Made by a program: the position numbers and the translations under genes. Below, one piece after another: positions 50,772 through 63,131 of a DNA stretch of 64,000 bases; position 1 is the stretch's first letter, and each line of letters starts with the position of its first letter. The notes beneath the pieces are model-generated. The model was not told the DNA's origin. It saw nothing but the letters and a program-made list of their open reading frames with translations, and did no database searches. The stretch lies in the NCBI GenBank assembly GCA_958009085.1, contig OY253673.1, positions 1,364,001-1,428,000 of the forward strand, given 5' to 3'. This stretch comes from Protoeuglena noctilucae. Taxonomy: Eukaryota.

Positions 50772-51901
50772 TCAACCCGCTCCGCTTTTGTCGCGAGCAC
50801 CGTTGCCGCCGAACTCACGCTCACGCTGTACTTCGACACTTCCCGCACCCGTAGCCCACGCCGCCAGCTCGTCCGCCGCCCCAAGCGTCCTCTCCCAGGC
50901 ACGGCGCAGCAGCCACCGCAACACCCAGGGATCCGAAAGAGGGGACGGGCCGCGACGGAGCCACAGAAGCTTGAGCGTGGCGTCCCACCAATCGAATTCC
51001 GCGTCCACGGGCGCGCCCGCTGGCAAAGGCTCTGCAACGAAGCACCCGTGCGCATGTCAACGCGCTTTGGAGACGCAGAGAGTTTTCCCTCGGCGCGACA
51101 ATCATTGCAGCGGGTACAGTACCTTGCGAGAGAATCGCGTTCCGCTCCGCCCGCGACTGCGACTGCACCATGAGTGCCGCCAACGGCCCGGGGGCGATGT
51201 GCAGCTGCATCGCGACAGTCAGGGCCTGCAGGGCATGGTGCGCGGACCAGACGTCGGCCCTAGTCGACAGGATGCTTTATTGAGGCAATCGCCTCGGACG
51301 GCGTGCCCAGGCACACCTCGATGCGGGTTCTGAGCTCCGCCAGCTGCCGCTCCGTCGGCGATGGCGACGCCCCTTGAGACAAATGCGTCTGGAGTCTACT
51401 CTCGAACATCTCCCGGTTCGCCACACGCGTCTGCTCCCGCAGGTGACAGCTTAGGAGGTAGAAGACGGTCGGGGGGATGCACGCCGTGAATCCGAACCAT
51501 ATCTTCTCCGCCTGCGGTCGTGATAGGGCCAATCTGAAATCCCGATGCCTCTCCTGCGCTTCGCGGCCGGCGCACATCTTCCGTCGCTCGCGGGTGTCCG
51601 TCGCACGCACCGTGGACATTGGCGGCGAGAGAATCGGGTCGTTGATGATCTCCCAGGCGACCCTGATTTTCTCACGCATCGTCTCCGCCTTCTCGAACCT
51701 GTACCAGGCCAGCAGACGCAACCTCCCCTCCTCCTCGCTCACGGGGCCCGGGCCACCGGCCGAGGCGAACCGCCTCCCGCATCCGCCGCCCGCGCCGCAG
51801 TCAGCGACAGGAGGGCGGATATGGGCGCGCGCAGGGTCGAAGGAGAGGGCAAACGCGCGTCTCCTCGCACCAAGCAGCCTCGCGGCAAACGCACAGCTCA
51901 T
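50772..51901 (-). CDS. Hypothetical protein with a mitochondrial-presequence-like N-terminus, one TM segment and a coiled coil, 4 exons
   Basis: MSCAFAARLLGARRRAF.. start; IWFGFTACIPPTVFYLL hydrophobic segment; ERQLAELRTRIE|ALT. GT-AG introns join the frames to TGA at 50772-50774. Confidence 0.55.
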
Positions 51902-52207
51902 CGTCCGCCTTGCGAAGCTGCCAGCCACACATTCCCTGGCCACTATTCGGGGACGCCCCCCAATCTGACTCGGGTGCGCTGAATCTCGCGCCGAATCATG
52001 ACAGGGGCAGTAACCGCTGGCGACGCTCCTGTCAGAGCCGATACCTATCAGCCCTGCCGACCATTGGACATTTCGCAAGCATGCGGAACAAGCGACAGAT
52101 CATATCAGTGACCTGAATTTGCCATTGGCGTCCCAGGGCTTCGGGCGAGCCTCACGCGCTTGCTCTCGCGCATTTGGATCGTGGATGGATGGGCCCTGGT
52201 GACGGCA

Positions 52208-54686
52208 ATGGGCGGCGTGGTGCTGGTCATTTCTGAAGACGACGATGAGCCGGTGGCGTGCCGCGCCTCCCCCGTGAAGCGCCCGGATGCGACGAACCGG
52301 GCGTTCATTGTCGTCCCCGACACGCCGCTTGGCGCCGCTGGTGAGGAGGCCGACGCGAGTTGTCGAGACCGCGACGTACGAGTGGGAAATGGCTCAAAGT
52401 TTTCATCGGATGCTGCTTCCGCTCATCACGACGGCGACCATTCGATCCCGGGGCAGCGACAGAGGGGGTCGCAATGCTCTCAACTCCACCACGTCGTCCG
52501 CTCCCTTCGCAGGGCCGCGCGACAGGCGGATGAGTTACGACGACGATGACGATATCCACGCGTTCATCCGCGCCAGGGAGGCTGCGGCTGGCGCGGGGAC
52601 GTCCTATGGGGCGCGGGGCCCCCATCCCCGGGGTCCTTCGAACGCGCGACGTGCCGCCGCATCTCGCCGCGCATTGACGGGCTCTGATTCGTCGGACGGC
52701 GAGTATGTGCCGAGTCCGCGGAAGAAGTCGCGGGGCGCGGGGAGCAGCGAACGCAGACCGCCGGCGCCAAAGGCGCTCGACGAGGCGCGCGCGGCCAAGG
52801 AGGACGAGAAGCGACGAAAGCAGGAGGAGCGGGAACGAGGAAGGAAAGAAAAGGCAGCGGAGAAGGAGAGGCAGGTACGTCTGTCAGCACTCGCATGCCG
52901 TCACCATTGCAGTTGGGGTGCGGTGGGAGTGGCTGCATGTTGGGGATTTGCGAGCGAAGGGAGGGCGTCGTTCCTGCAGAAAGCCGAGCGACAGCTGGGC
53001 CGGGCGCAGAAGTCGATGGCAAGCGCGGCGCGACGGCATGAGGCGGTGACGGTCTGCATCAGGTGGGTCTCACGATGCGCCAGGCTGCTGTGCCAGGCTG
53101 TGCACCGCCGCTCGCCTGCTTAGCCCCCCGTCGCGGCGCATTCGCAGCAACGAGCTGGCGGCCGAGGAGGTCGGGTGGCGCACGATGGAACGCTTGCGGT
53201 CAGAGACGCCCCCCATCGCGTACACGGTGCGCGCCTCGCCCCTCTCCCCGCTCCCGTCGCTTTCCTGGGAGTACGCATGCGAGATGCGCGCGTCGGTGGG
53301 CCCCAACGGTCCCCATCGGGAGGCCGTCCGCGTCCAGGCCTTCCCCTACGTGATGGTCGTGATGGAGGCGGCACTGCTGTGCGCCCATGCCGGTGACTCA
53401 CTGGGGCCCGCTGCTGTCGAGACCTGGGATGGCAATGGGGACTTGTGGATGCGGGGTTGCGGCCGGGGTTGACTCGCAAGGGGTTGGGCAGGGCAAGTGG
53501 GGTGCACGGGGTGCATTGGCAACACCCTCTCGTCTTCCTCCCCTCTTGCAGAGAAGGACGGTCTGTCCGGGCTGGTGACCCGCGTGCAGCAGCGTTCGCC
53601 CCACGCGACGCTGGCGCTGTGCGTGGTGGGCCTGGCCACCCTCACCCGCCAGTGCCAGCGTCAGGGGCGCGGGGACGTCCCCGCGAAAGCAGAGGCCGCG
53701 CTGCTGCGCCTGGCCGTGACGCACCCGGGTGTGAGAGGCGAGAAAAGTGTTTGCATTGCTCTCCACTGCGGCAGGGGCAGTGGTTTTAAGAAGAGTCGCG
53801 GGGGATGCGTGGGGTTGGCAGCTTATCGCGGCACGTGTCACTCGCACCCTGGTAGCCGTGCGTATACTATGTACCTGTCGTGGGTTCATAATTAGTGTCC
53901 CTGACTGTCGCAGTGACAGTGACAGTGACAGTCGCAGTGAGTGTCATCCCTCACTGACTGCCGCAGTGACTGGTTCACTGACTGTCTCCCTCACTGAGTT
54001 GACTTCCCGCCGCAGTGTCCCACGCCAGCGATGCCTCGGAGGCAGGCGACCACATCTACCGCGTCTCTTTGGCGTTATCCGAGGCGCCCTACGCCGTGGC
54101 ATCCCACGCCCACGTGCTGAAGAGCAAGGTGGCCGTGGCGGGGATGTACGACGATGATGAGAAGAGGATGCTGCCCGTCATGCGCGCCCTCATGTGCGTG
54201 CCCAGAGTGGTGAGGGTGCTGTTTGTTTTGTGACTCGTGAATACCTCTTCCCACTACGGCCAGACTGGCCATGCCAACTCTCTCACGGGCCCCACTGCTG
54301 CCACAGACACTCCCCTGTCTCCCCTCACTGCTGCCACTGACACTTCCCCCGTCTCCCCACCGCTGCCACAGACACCTTCCCCTCCCCTCACTACTGCCAC
54401 TGCTGCCACAGACACCTTCCCCTCCCCACACTACTGCCACATACACTCTACTATCCGCTCATTCCTGCCACAGGCAGAGGACCAGGCCAACGCCGTGGCC
54501 ACCGCCTACCCCTCCCTCGGCGCCCTCATGTCACGGTTCCAGGACCCTAACCTGGCCGAGAAGGACAAGAGGCGCCTGCTCGTGGGACTGGCGGTGCCGG
54601 GGCGCAAGACCAAGACGGGGCCCATGACGGCCGACAAGCTGCGGACGTTTCTGACGTGCGAGGACCCCGACCGGAGCCTCGATTAG
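52208..54686 (+). CDS. EME1: Crossover-junction endonuclease non-catalytic subunit EME1
   Basis: Acidic N-terminus with VPDTP; K/E/R coiled coil; ERCC4-like region (PYVMVVMEA, LCVVGL, EAALLRLAV, LSEAPY); C-terminal HhH (RALMCVPRV..AVATAYPSLGALM..LLVGL..GPMTADKLRTFLTCEDPD). Confidence 0.85.
54291..54473 (+). repeat. Intronic minisatellite, about 33-40 bp unit (core CCACTGCTGCCACAGACAC), about 5 degenerate copies
   Basis: Units start near 54293, 54326, 54357, 54397 and 54431 and end at the true acceptor CTGCCACAG (54473). Confidence 0.8.
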
Positions 54687-54790
54687 AGAGCGACGCAGCC
54701 CGGCGCGGCTTTCTGCTGCGGCTGGGCGATGCCCATTTAGATGCATCCGCTGTTGAAAACGTCGATCGCGGCTACCTTTGTTGAGGCCCG

Positions 54791-57041
54791 ATGCAGGACG
54801 AGGTCTTCCCGCCCTGGGAAAACCTCCCTTTGGACATTCTCCTCGCTGTGGCGAGGCTGGCGGGTGTGGAAGCCACATGTTGCATGATTGCGACCTGCAG
54901 GTCGTGGCGCCGCGACTTGCAGGGCGCGCTGAATGACGACGAATGGCAGGTGCGGGGAACGCTGGAGTGCCGGCCGCGCCGAGCGGCATCTGCAGCGCTT
55001 TTTCGCTATGTACGTTTAACGACTTATCACAGAGGGCTTTCGAGCGGCTCGGGGGGCACGAGAGCCATTTCACGGACTCGTATCGGTCATGGCGAGACTG
55101 TTACATCCGGCACGTGCAGGTGACGCCGCGAATCGATCGAATTTTCCAGTGCACGTAGCGTAAGAAGCACACACACGATAGGTTACCCGTCCGCCGGTGC
55201 CGCAGGGCTGGGGTCGCGGCAGGATGCGCGTGTCGGCGTTTGCGGCATGCACGGATCCCCATGGGTCGGCCTGGGTGTCTGGCGTGGGCATCGCGGGTCG
55301 GCGCGTCGTGGCTGCGGGGCACAGCCGCAAAATCAGCGTTCACGACCGCATCACGGGGGCATGGACCAAGGTGGGGCGGCACTGCAGTGTGCGACTGTAA
55401 GCAGTTGCCAACTGCCAGAACACCTCCTTCCAGCTCATCGCCAGCCCATGCCATGCCTTTCAGGTGCGAGACGGAGCGCATGCGGGCGCGGTCACATGCC
55501 TGGACGTGTGCGGGCGGTGGGCTGTGACGTGCGCCCAGCGTGCGAGGGAGGACTACGTGGCCACGCGTGAGTGCGTGCATGGATGGGTGTGGATGAGATG
55601 GGATGACGGGGTCATGTGTGAGTGCATGCATGGATGCCTGTGTGTGCATCTCTTCGAGATGCCCCTCACCTGCCACACCGCCACTACCACACCCATGCAT
55701 CATGTGGGTCAGATCAGCAGCCGGCAGCAGCGAGGGAGGCAGCACTCACCGAGGCCACCACCACCTCCCCCCCTCGGATCACCGCAGTGTGGGACACGCA
55801 TCGCAACCCATCCGCTTTGGAAATCACAGGACACGTGTCGCGCCCCGCCCTGCCCTCGGGCGCCCTCTCACTGTGCGGCGTGCCACCCTCCCCCGCCTGC
55901 GTGTGCTTCGCGGGGCCTGAGGCCGCTTTCGTTGCTGTCGGACATTCCGGTCAGTGCCTCTGTGCCGCTGCTCAGCTTCCCGTCCCAGCGCAGCGCAGGG
56001 GGCAGTCTCGGCATGCAATCTGCTCACGCACGCCGTGTGCAAGTGTCGCCTCCCTCCCTCACCCCTCTCACCTCTCTCACCTCCATCACCCCTCTCACCT
56101 CCCTCACCCCTCTCACCCCCTCACCTGTGCAGGCACAGGGACCATCCAGCTCGTGGCACAGCGTGACTGGAACAGCCCAGGCGCCTCCCAGCCATGCCAA
56201 CTCCTCACCCACTCCACCGGCGCCCCCCACGCCCTCTGCCCCCTCACCGCCCTCGCGCAACACGCCATGGCAAGCGCCCATTTGGACGGGACGGTGTGCG
56301 TGTGGGACCTGAGGGCGGGCGCTGACCCCGCCATGAGGCTGCAGGGGCACGGGGATGGAGTGAGCGCCGTAGCGGGGGTGAGAAGCGATTGGGATGCGAG
56401 GTATAGAAACAGAGCTTGCTTGGTTTCATGCACTGCTCTGTGGGGAGTGTGGTGGTAAGCTAGCCCATCCCACCGCCTGCTCTTTCGCTCGCAGCCGCGG
56501 CCCCACTGCGACTGGGCGCCCGAGCAGGCCAGGCGCGGGCAGGGCCACGGTCATGCGAGCCGCTTGGGCGGGGCCTCGTCTCGCGCTGCTGCCGCGGGTC
56601 GCAGAGTGCTGCGAGCATCGATAGACGTACCCACGCATGGAGAGACGAGCCAGGGCCTTCCCTGCACGCTGCTGTCGGGAGACCTGTCCGGGCAGCTGCG
56701 GTCGTGGGATCTGAGGCAGAGCGGGGTGCCGTTGCGGGCATGGGAGGGGCACGGGGCGTGGGTGCGGGGGGCGGCTGTGTGGGCGCGGTGGGGCGCTACG
56801 GTGGCCAAGGGAGAGCCTGTGCGGCTGTGGGACCTGGAGAGCGGTGAGGGGCGAGAGGGTAGGGTCCGATGGCAGTGTGGGATGCTAGGGGCGTGGCAGT
56901 GAGTGCACGGATGTGCGTGTCTCTGCAGGGGTGGCCACGGGGGCGGTGGAGGTGGCTGCCACTGCGCTGTGCGTGGCGTGCGACAACGAGGGACTCGCCG
57001 TGGGGTGCGCGGATGGGACCGTGGCAATGCTGTCTGTCTAG
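54791..57041 (+). CDS. F-box/WD40-repeat protein
   Basis: F-box WENLPLDILLAV..CRSWR; WD repeats HAGAVTCLD, SAHLDGTVCVWDLR, GHGDGVSAV, SGQLRSWDLR, GHGAWVRG..VRLWDLE. TAG at 57039-57041. Confidence 0.85.
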
Positions 57042-57348
57042 CGTGGAGTAATGATTGGCGTCGGATGCCCATCCACCTAGTGACTCAGCAATATGTGTCC
57101 ATCGCGATTCAACCAAGAGGGCGCTTGCCCTTTCGCAGAGTGTATGTTGACAGGCGCAAGCATGTCAAAAAGCTTGGCATCTGCTGCGCCCGTCGCTATG
57201 ATAGTATGCCCCCGCCATCGCGCTCCCAAAGCGGCACCGCCGTCCGAGCTGCACCGCGCCCACTCCCAGTCACCTCCCCTCGCCCTGCGCGATGCATGCC
57301 TGCGTCACGCTCCCTCAACAGCAGCGCCCGCTGACAGGCCATATATCC

Positions 57349-60300
57349 TCACTCAGCCAGCGCCCGCTCGTACGCCGACCACCCCGCCAGCTGGTACTCC
57401 TTAGCGGCCGCCTCGGGGTCCGCGGCCTTGATGATCCCCCGCCCCACGATGATGACGTCCAAACCGCTCTCCCCAATCACCTGCACAACACACGAGAGGC
57501 ACGGGTGCAGGATGACGTCATCAAACATACCGTCAATCATCAATCCATCCCTGCCTTGACCTCCCTCGGCATTGCAGAAGCAGTCCTCAGCGCGAACGAA
57601 CGCGTCGGCCGAAAGATGGTGATTGTGTGTGTGCAAGTATCGTCATTGGGAGTCAGTCCGCTATTACCATCACCCCACCCTAAGCGCACACCGCCCGTGC
57701 CTCGCCTTGTCCGGGGTGTTGTACTGCTGCCCCATGGCGTCCCCTCCCTCGGCCAGCTGCACCCCGGGGGTCATGTGCACGAGCCCCGGGGACGTGCGGC
57801 AACCCCACGCGGACGGACGCACCGAGATGAACCCCATGACGAAGTCGCTCCGCTCCTCGGCCATGCGCGCCACCTCCTCCGTGTACGCGCCCCTCGCGAG
57901 CGTGCCCTTGGATGACATCTCGGCCAGCAGCAGCAGGCCCTTGCCGGCCGGCAGCCCCACCGACGCCAGGCCGTCGATGATGCCCGGGCCAGGCACCAGG
58001 TGCGCGTTGGTGATGTCGGACCAGGAGGAGATGCGGTGCACGCCGTCGCGGTACTGCGGGCGCGGGGTGGGCAGGGGTTGGGGTGTCGCGCGCGATGCAC
58101 ACAGGGCAGGGGTCACAGTGGGCGGCGGTGTGCATGGCAGTAACTAGTGGGCCGTTGGCGTCAGAGCAAAGCCATTCCTCACGCCCCGGAGGGCTAGGAC
58201 TGGGGCGGCATGTAAGAGTCGTCACGCGCCACGGGCCCCTGCGCCACCACTACCACCCATGCCCCAGCCCCGCCCCCTCGCCTGCATGACGACCGTGTTG
58301 CCGATATCGGCGAACTTGCGGTCCTCGAATATCAAGAAGTCGTGCTTGTCGGCCAGCGCCCGCAGCTGCGCCCCCGTGGTCTCGGCCCAGTCCTTGTGGA
58401 TGTCGCAGTGGGTTTTGAGGCAGCAGATGTGGGGGCCGATGCGGTCCGCCAGCGCCACCAGCTGCGAAGACGCAAAGCAGAAGGTTCATTCGTGAGCGGG
58501 AGAGGTAGAGAGAGAGCCACGCGTCGGGTGCACATGGGGTGCTTGTGAGGGTAACAGTAACAGTAACAGTGAGCATGCGAGAAGTGACAACAGGTCAGCC
58601 CCACATCCCCGCATCCGCTCCTCGCCTCCTCGGCCGTCTCCACGTCCGCCGCCACTGCGAGGTTCGTCTTCTTCCGAGCCATGGTTTCCAGCAGCCGGCG
58701 GCCCACAGGGTTGCGTGCCTGGGCCGCGCGCTCCTCATAGGGCAGCCGACGCGGCCGGGACTCCTCCCCCTTCGCCGGCTCCTTCGCCGGCTCCTTCGTC
58801 TGCGAAGAGGTGAAGATAGCATCGTGCTTTGCAAACGCTTTGCAAGCTAAGTTGGGTCGCGGCGTGCGTGTGCCAAACCCCCCCACGGCTCTCGGTCCCG
58901 AAAGATGTTGTTTGTATGGTCATCACGGGTGTCAGAAACACGGACCAAACGTTGTCGTCATCGAGCCGGTGGGAAGGGGCGGCTGTGTGGTCGCACCACG
59001 CAGCGTCGCGGCGAGCCAACCGCATGCATAGCTACATGCGCGTCTCGCCTGGGCCTGGGCGCCCGTGGTCTGGTTCGCAGCGATGAAGTCGCGGACGTTG
59101 GCCGCCACGTCGTCCCCCACCAGGCGGTGCTTGAGCAGGACCTGGAGGATGTGGGAGAGCGTGAAGGCCGCGTGGAGGCGCAGGCCGCGCCCCGCCAGGT
59201 GCGCCTTCCCCCCTTGCTCCCGGTCAATCAGCACCACGACGTCTGACACCGTAAGGCCCTCCGCCTGGGGACAGGAGAGGTGAGGGAGTGGTCAGGTGCT
59301 CATCGGCGACCGGCGTCGCGGGGAGCGTGGGGTGGGTGGGTGCGTGTGTCGCGGCCGGGCCGCGCCCGCCCCGGGTGCGTGCGGGGCGGGGCAGCGGCGG
59401 CGCCGGCGGGCCTGACTCTCGCAGGCTCTCTAGGGACCCCGGGTGTGGGGCAGGGACGAGGCCCGGCATGGCACCGGGGGACCCGACTGGAGCTGCTGTG
59501 AGACGCGGGGGTGATGGTGGTGGGTGGTGCAAAGCGGGGGTGGCGCAATGGCCGTCGATGCCATTAATACTAACCCCTCACCTCGAGTGGCTCTACCGTC
59601 TCCATGACTGACATGCCCGACGTGACCAGGTCCTCCACGATCAGACACCGCTGGCCCTTCTGGAAGTGCCCCTCGATCGCCTTCTTCCTGCAAGTAAGAG
59701 GCGCGCACGCAGTGACCATTGCACACGACACGACACGAGTCAAGGCTGTGCCTGAGCCCACGCCGCATTGCCGCGCAGGCGAGTCCCCACAGCCCGGCCA
59801 CATCATTCATCTCCTGCCAGCCCAGCCGGACATCCCTTTGCTTCACTCTTCACTCTTCACACCATCCCATCCCCCATCGCCACTCACGTGCCGTAGTCCT
59901 TGACCTCCTTGCGCCGCATGAGCATGGGCGTCTTGTAGAGCATCGTCATGACCGTCGCGATGGGCAGGGCCGTGTACGGCACGCCGCACAGCACGTCGAA
60001 CTCCGCTCCGTTCTCCTCCAGCCGCTGCCACATCATGCGCGCCACCTGGTGGAGCAGGTCCGGGTACGACACCACCACGCGGAGATCGATGTAGATGGGG
60101 GACATGAGGCCGGATTTGAGCTTGAACTCCCCGAACTTCACCGCCTGCGGGGAGGGCGAGGGTCAGCAAGAGGGAGCGGCGCAAGTGTGTGTGGGGGGGG
60201 GGCGCAGCGTGGGAAGTTGCGCAGGCGAGGCCGGGGGGAGCAGGCGGGCCGGGGCTCAGGGTTAGCATGAAGGTGCGTTCATCGGGCTTGCGCCCTCTGA

Positions 60301-60548
60301 CAAGAGGTGTCAGATTAGAAAGGCTCGTCACCGCCCCGGCCCCTCGGTCCCTGCTGAGCGCCTCAGGTTAACGAGATTCCAATTTGTTACGTAGAGTTGC
60401 TGGTCATCACAACGTTCGGCAACGTAACGTTCATCAGCGGCGCCGGCCCGGCGCGGAGGACAGGCGTGTTCCGCCCAGGGCTCACCTGGACCTCGTGGAG
60501 GCGCAGGACGAGCTGCTCGATTTCATCCTCGGACAGACGGGACGGCAT
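57349..60548 (-). CDS. UMPS: Bifunctional UMP synthase (orotate phosphoribosyltransferase + OMP decarboxylase)
   Basis: [100 protein letters not shown]. Confidence 0.97.
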
Positions 60549-61256
60549 GTCCGCCGTGCGGCGCACCCCGACGCGCCAGGAAGGCGGGCGGGTCCCCCCG
60601 GCGCGGCGCGGGGCGAAGAGCCAGCTGGCCGCCGGACGGCCAGAGGAGGAGGCCTGGGCGTGCGAGAGCTGCCTGCGAGGGCCGAGGTGAGCGGAAGCGA
60701 GGTCCATGCAACGTCCGCGCCATCAGGGCCCGGGGAGAGCCTCGGGAAGCGCGCCGCCAGCCGCCTCTCGCTCCCCCACTTCGAAACCCCCTCGGCGCCC
60801 GCCCGAGCGCCCAAGCAACGCTTTCCCACCAGCATGACGCGACGTCGACAGCAAAATAATTACGGTTGTAGCGCTGGCCGCGTGCAGGCTCGGGCGCGCT
60901 GCCATCGGGCGTCGGCGCCGAAAGGTCCGAGCCCGGCGAGCGCCCGGGCGCGATGACGAGATGCCACGCGTGGAACCGCGCATCATCACCTGAGGTGGAC
61001 GCAAGGGGTGCTGGCTCGCGGCGTGGACGGGGCGGCGCGCAGGCAGGCGCTCATGCACGGCGAGGCGGAGGATTTCAGAGCGGCGAGCGGGCGCCTGGTG
61101 TGACGATGAACATATGGAGGAGCACGCGCCGCCTGGGGGGCGCAGAGAGGGGCGGCGCGGGGTCGGTCAAGCCCTCCCTGTCAGTCAGTGACAGAGTTTC
61201 TTCCATTATCTTCAACCAGCAGGTCCCTCGCTCTGTGCACGGCAGACTCTGACCCA

Positions 61257-62573
61257 TCACGCGCTGCGAGCCGCGCGCTCAGCCGCAGAGAGGCCCTTGG
61301 AGTCGTCCACCACGCGTTCGAAGACGAAGTAGGTCGGGACCTCCTGGTTCGTCTTGATGCTCCGGCCGCGCAGCAGGCGGATGCGGTCATCCACGTAGCT
61401 GACCTCCCCAGCGATCGTCGGCGGCGGCCGCGGCGAGTCGATCTGCGCAGGGCGGATGGAAGCACATTCAGCGGCATGCCTCCAGCCCTCAGCGTCGAGG
61501 AGACCCCGCAGCCCTCGCCTTGACAGGTCCAACCGTCAGCTTCCCCGGCGTGAACTGCACGATGTAGTCCTTGGGCCCTTCCACCGTGAACTGGCCCTGG
61601 AGCCACGTTTGCGCGGGGATGATGCCCACGTGCGCCAGGAAGTTCTCGTTGATGATCAGGTCCGGCTTGACGAACGACTGCAGCGAGGGAAGCGGGTGGC
61701 TGCTACATACAAGGGCAGCTATGGGACGCAGGTGTACCTTACGCGACCCTGCCAGGGCCCGCTTGTGCAGCTACGGCGCCCACCCTAACCTGCGTCAAAT
61801 CCTTGACCCGGTAGAAAGGGGCGATGGGCCCCTTCCCAAACGGCCCCCGGTACTTGTTGTCGCTCGCCCACAGCATCCTCCAAGTGCCCCAGATGCGCGG
61901 GTCGGCCACTGTGTTCTCAGGCGCTGCAGCGGCAATCTCCTCGTACAGTGCCACGATCCTCTCACGCTGCAAGCGAGCGAGGCGGAGCGGTAGCTGTCGT
62001 CGGCTCTCAAGCAGGGCAGCTCAGTACCAGCCGCAGCAGTACCGCAGCAATAGCAACTCTGGGTGACTTGCACCAAGACTGTGGGCCCCCAAACGCTCGT
62101 GGAGCACGCACCTGCTCGGGCGTGGTATCCTGCGCGTAGTTGGTCGCCTTCGAGACTCGGACGATTTCATCAATCGCCGCGCTGAGGTCCATCTGCGTGA
62201 CACGACCCAGTTTCCGCTTCGGTACAACGTGGACAGGCTGTCCTGCGCGCCTGGCAGCTTGCTGGTCCTCGCCTTCTGGCAGGCCCCGGCGGCCTGTGGC
62301 TTGCCCGTTAACGCGGCCGCTACCACCGCCCTCGGTGTCCGGGGCATCCCCGATCGCGTCCCATGCCGGCAGCTGGGGCCCACGCACGCGCGGGCCGGCG
62401 TTGCCATTAGGGTCCAGAGGATGCGGAGATCGCCGATGCGGTAGGGGCGTGCTCGTCTGCGAGTGGGGGCCAGATATTTCGCCGTGCATCCCACCCCTCT
62501 TTGAGGGCGCCCGCAGCAGCCCCAGCCACGGACGCAGCCCGCCTCGCGACATCAGCGTTGCATTGATGGACAT
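61257..62573 (-). CDS. PAP/fibrillin-family plastid lipid-associated protein, 4 exons
   Basis: Long transit-peptide-like exon 1; RERIVALYEEI..PRIWGTWRMLW (fibrillin motif 1); VSYVDDRIRLLRG..YFVFER (C-terminal motif). Confidence 0.8.
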
Positions 62574-63131
62574 GGGCAGCGAAACGCACCGCGGAACGCG
62601 TCCGGAGGCTGTGCCTGCTGTCAAGCCAGTCTAGACGGACAAGGACAGCTCGATGGGCGGCAGGACGCTCTATAGTTTGCTTGCAGTTCATGGTTTGTCC
62701 AAGCGAGGTGGGCATTTACAGACCGACACGGTGTCATTTGACCTGAAACACCAGAGGAGCCTCAGGGGAGCTCCGGCGCCTTCATCACGATTGACCAGGA
62801 GACTTGCTTGTTCACTCGCCCCCCTCCCCTCGCAAATCCCGCGCCAGGACCTGCAGAGGGACGTGTTCGCAGCGAAAGCCCCGTCACCGCTTATCCGCCG
62901 GGCTCTCCAACCGCATCCAAAGCAGGTGGGGCATGGCACATACTGCACGGGCGCAGGGGACGGAGCCCCGGCGACGTGCCCTGCAAGGGCCCGGGAAGTG
63001 TCAAACTTCAGCGTGCGTTCGTACTCCCAGGGGCGGAGCGTGACGCCGACGGTGCGTGTGGCTCCGGGAGCCCCTGAACAGCCGGTTGCCTGGCTGGCGA
63101 GCCGCACGGAGCCTGGCGGGGGGACGGGGCA

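Noticed and set aside
14875..57041. Functional cluster of ubiquitin or RNA-processing genes (CRBN, UBC, F-box; RCL1, CWC22, SEN1)
   Set aside because: These are common gene classes interspersed with unrelated housekeeping genes. Nothing here shows pathway clustering without synteny data.
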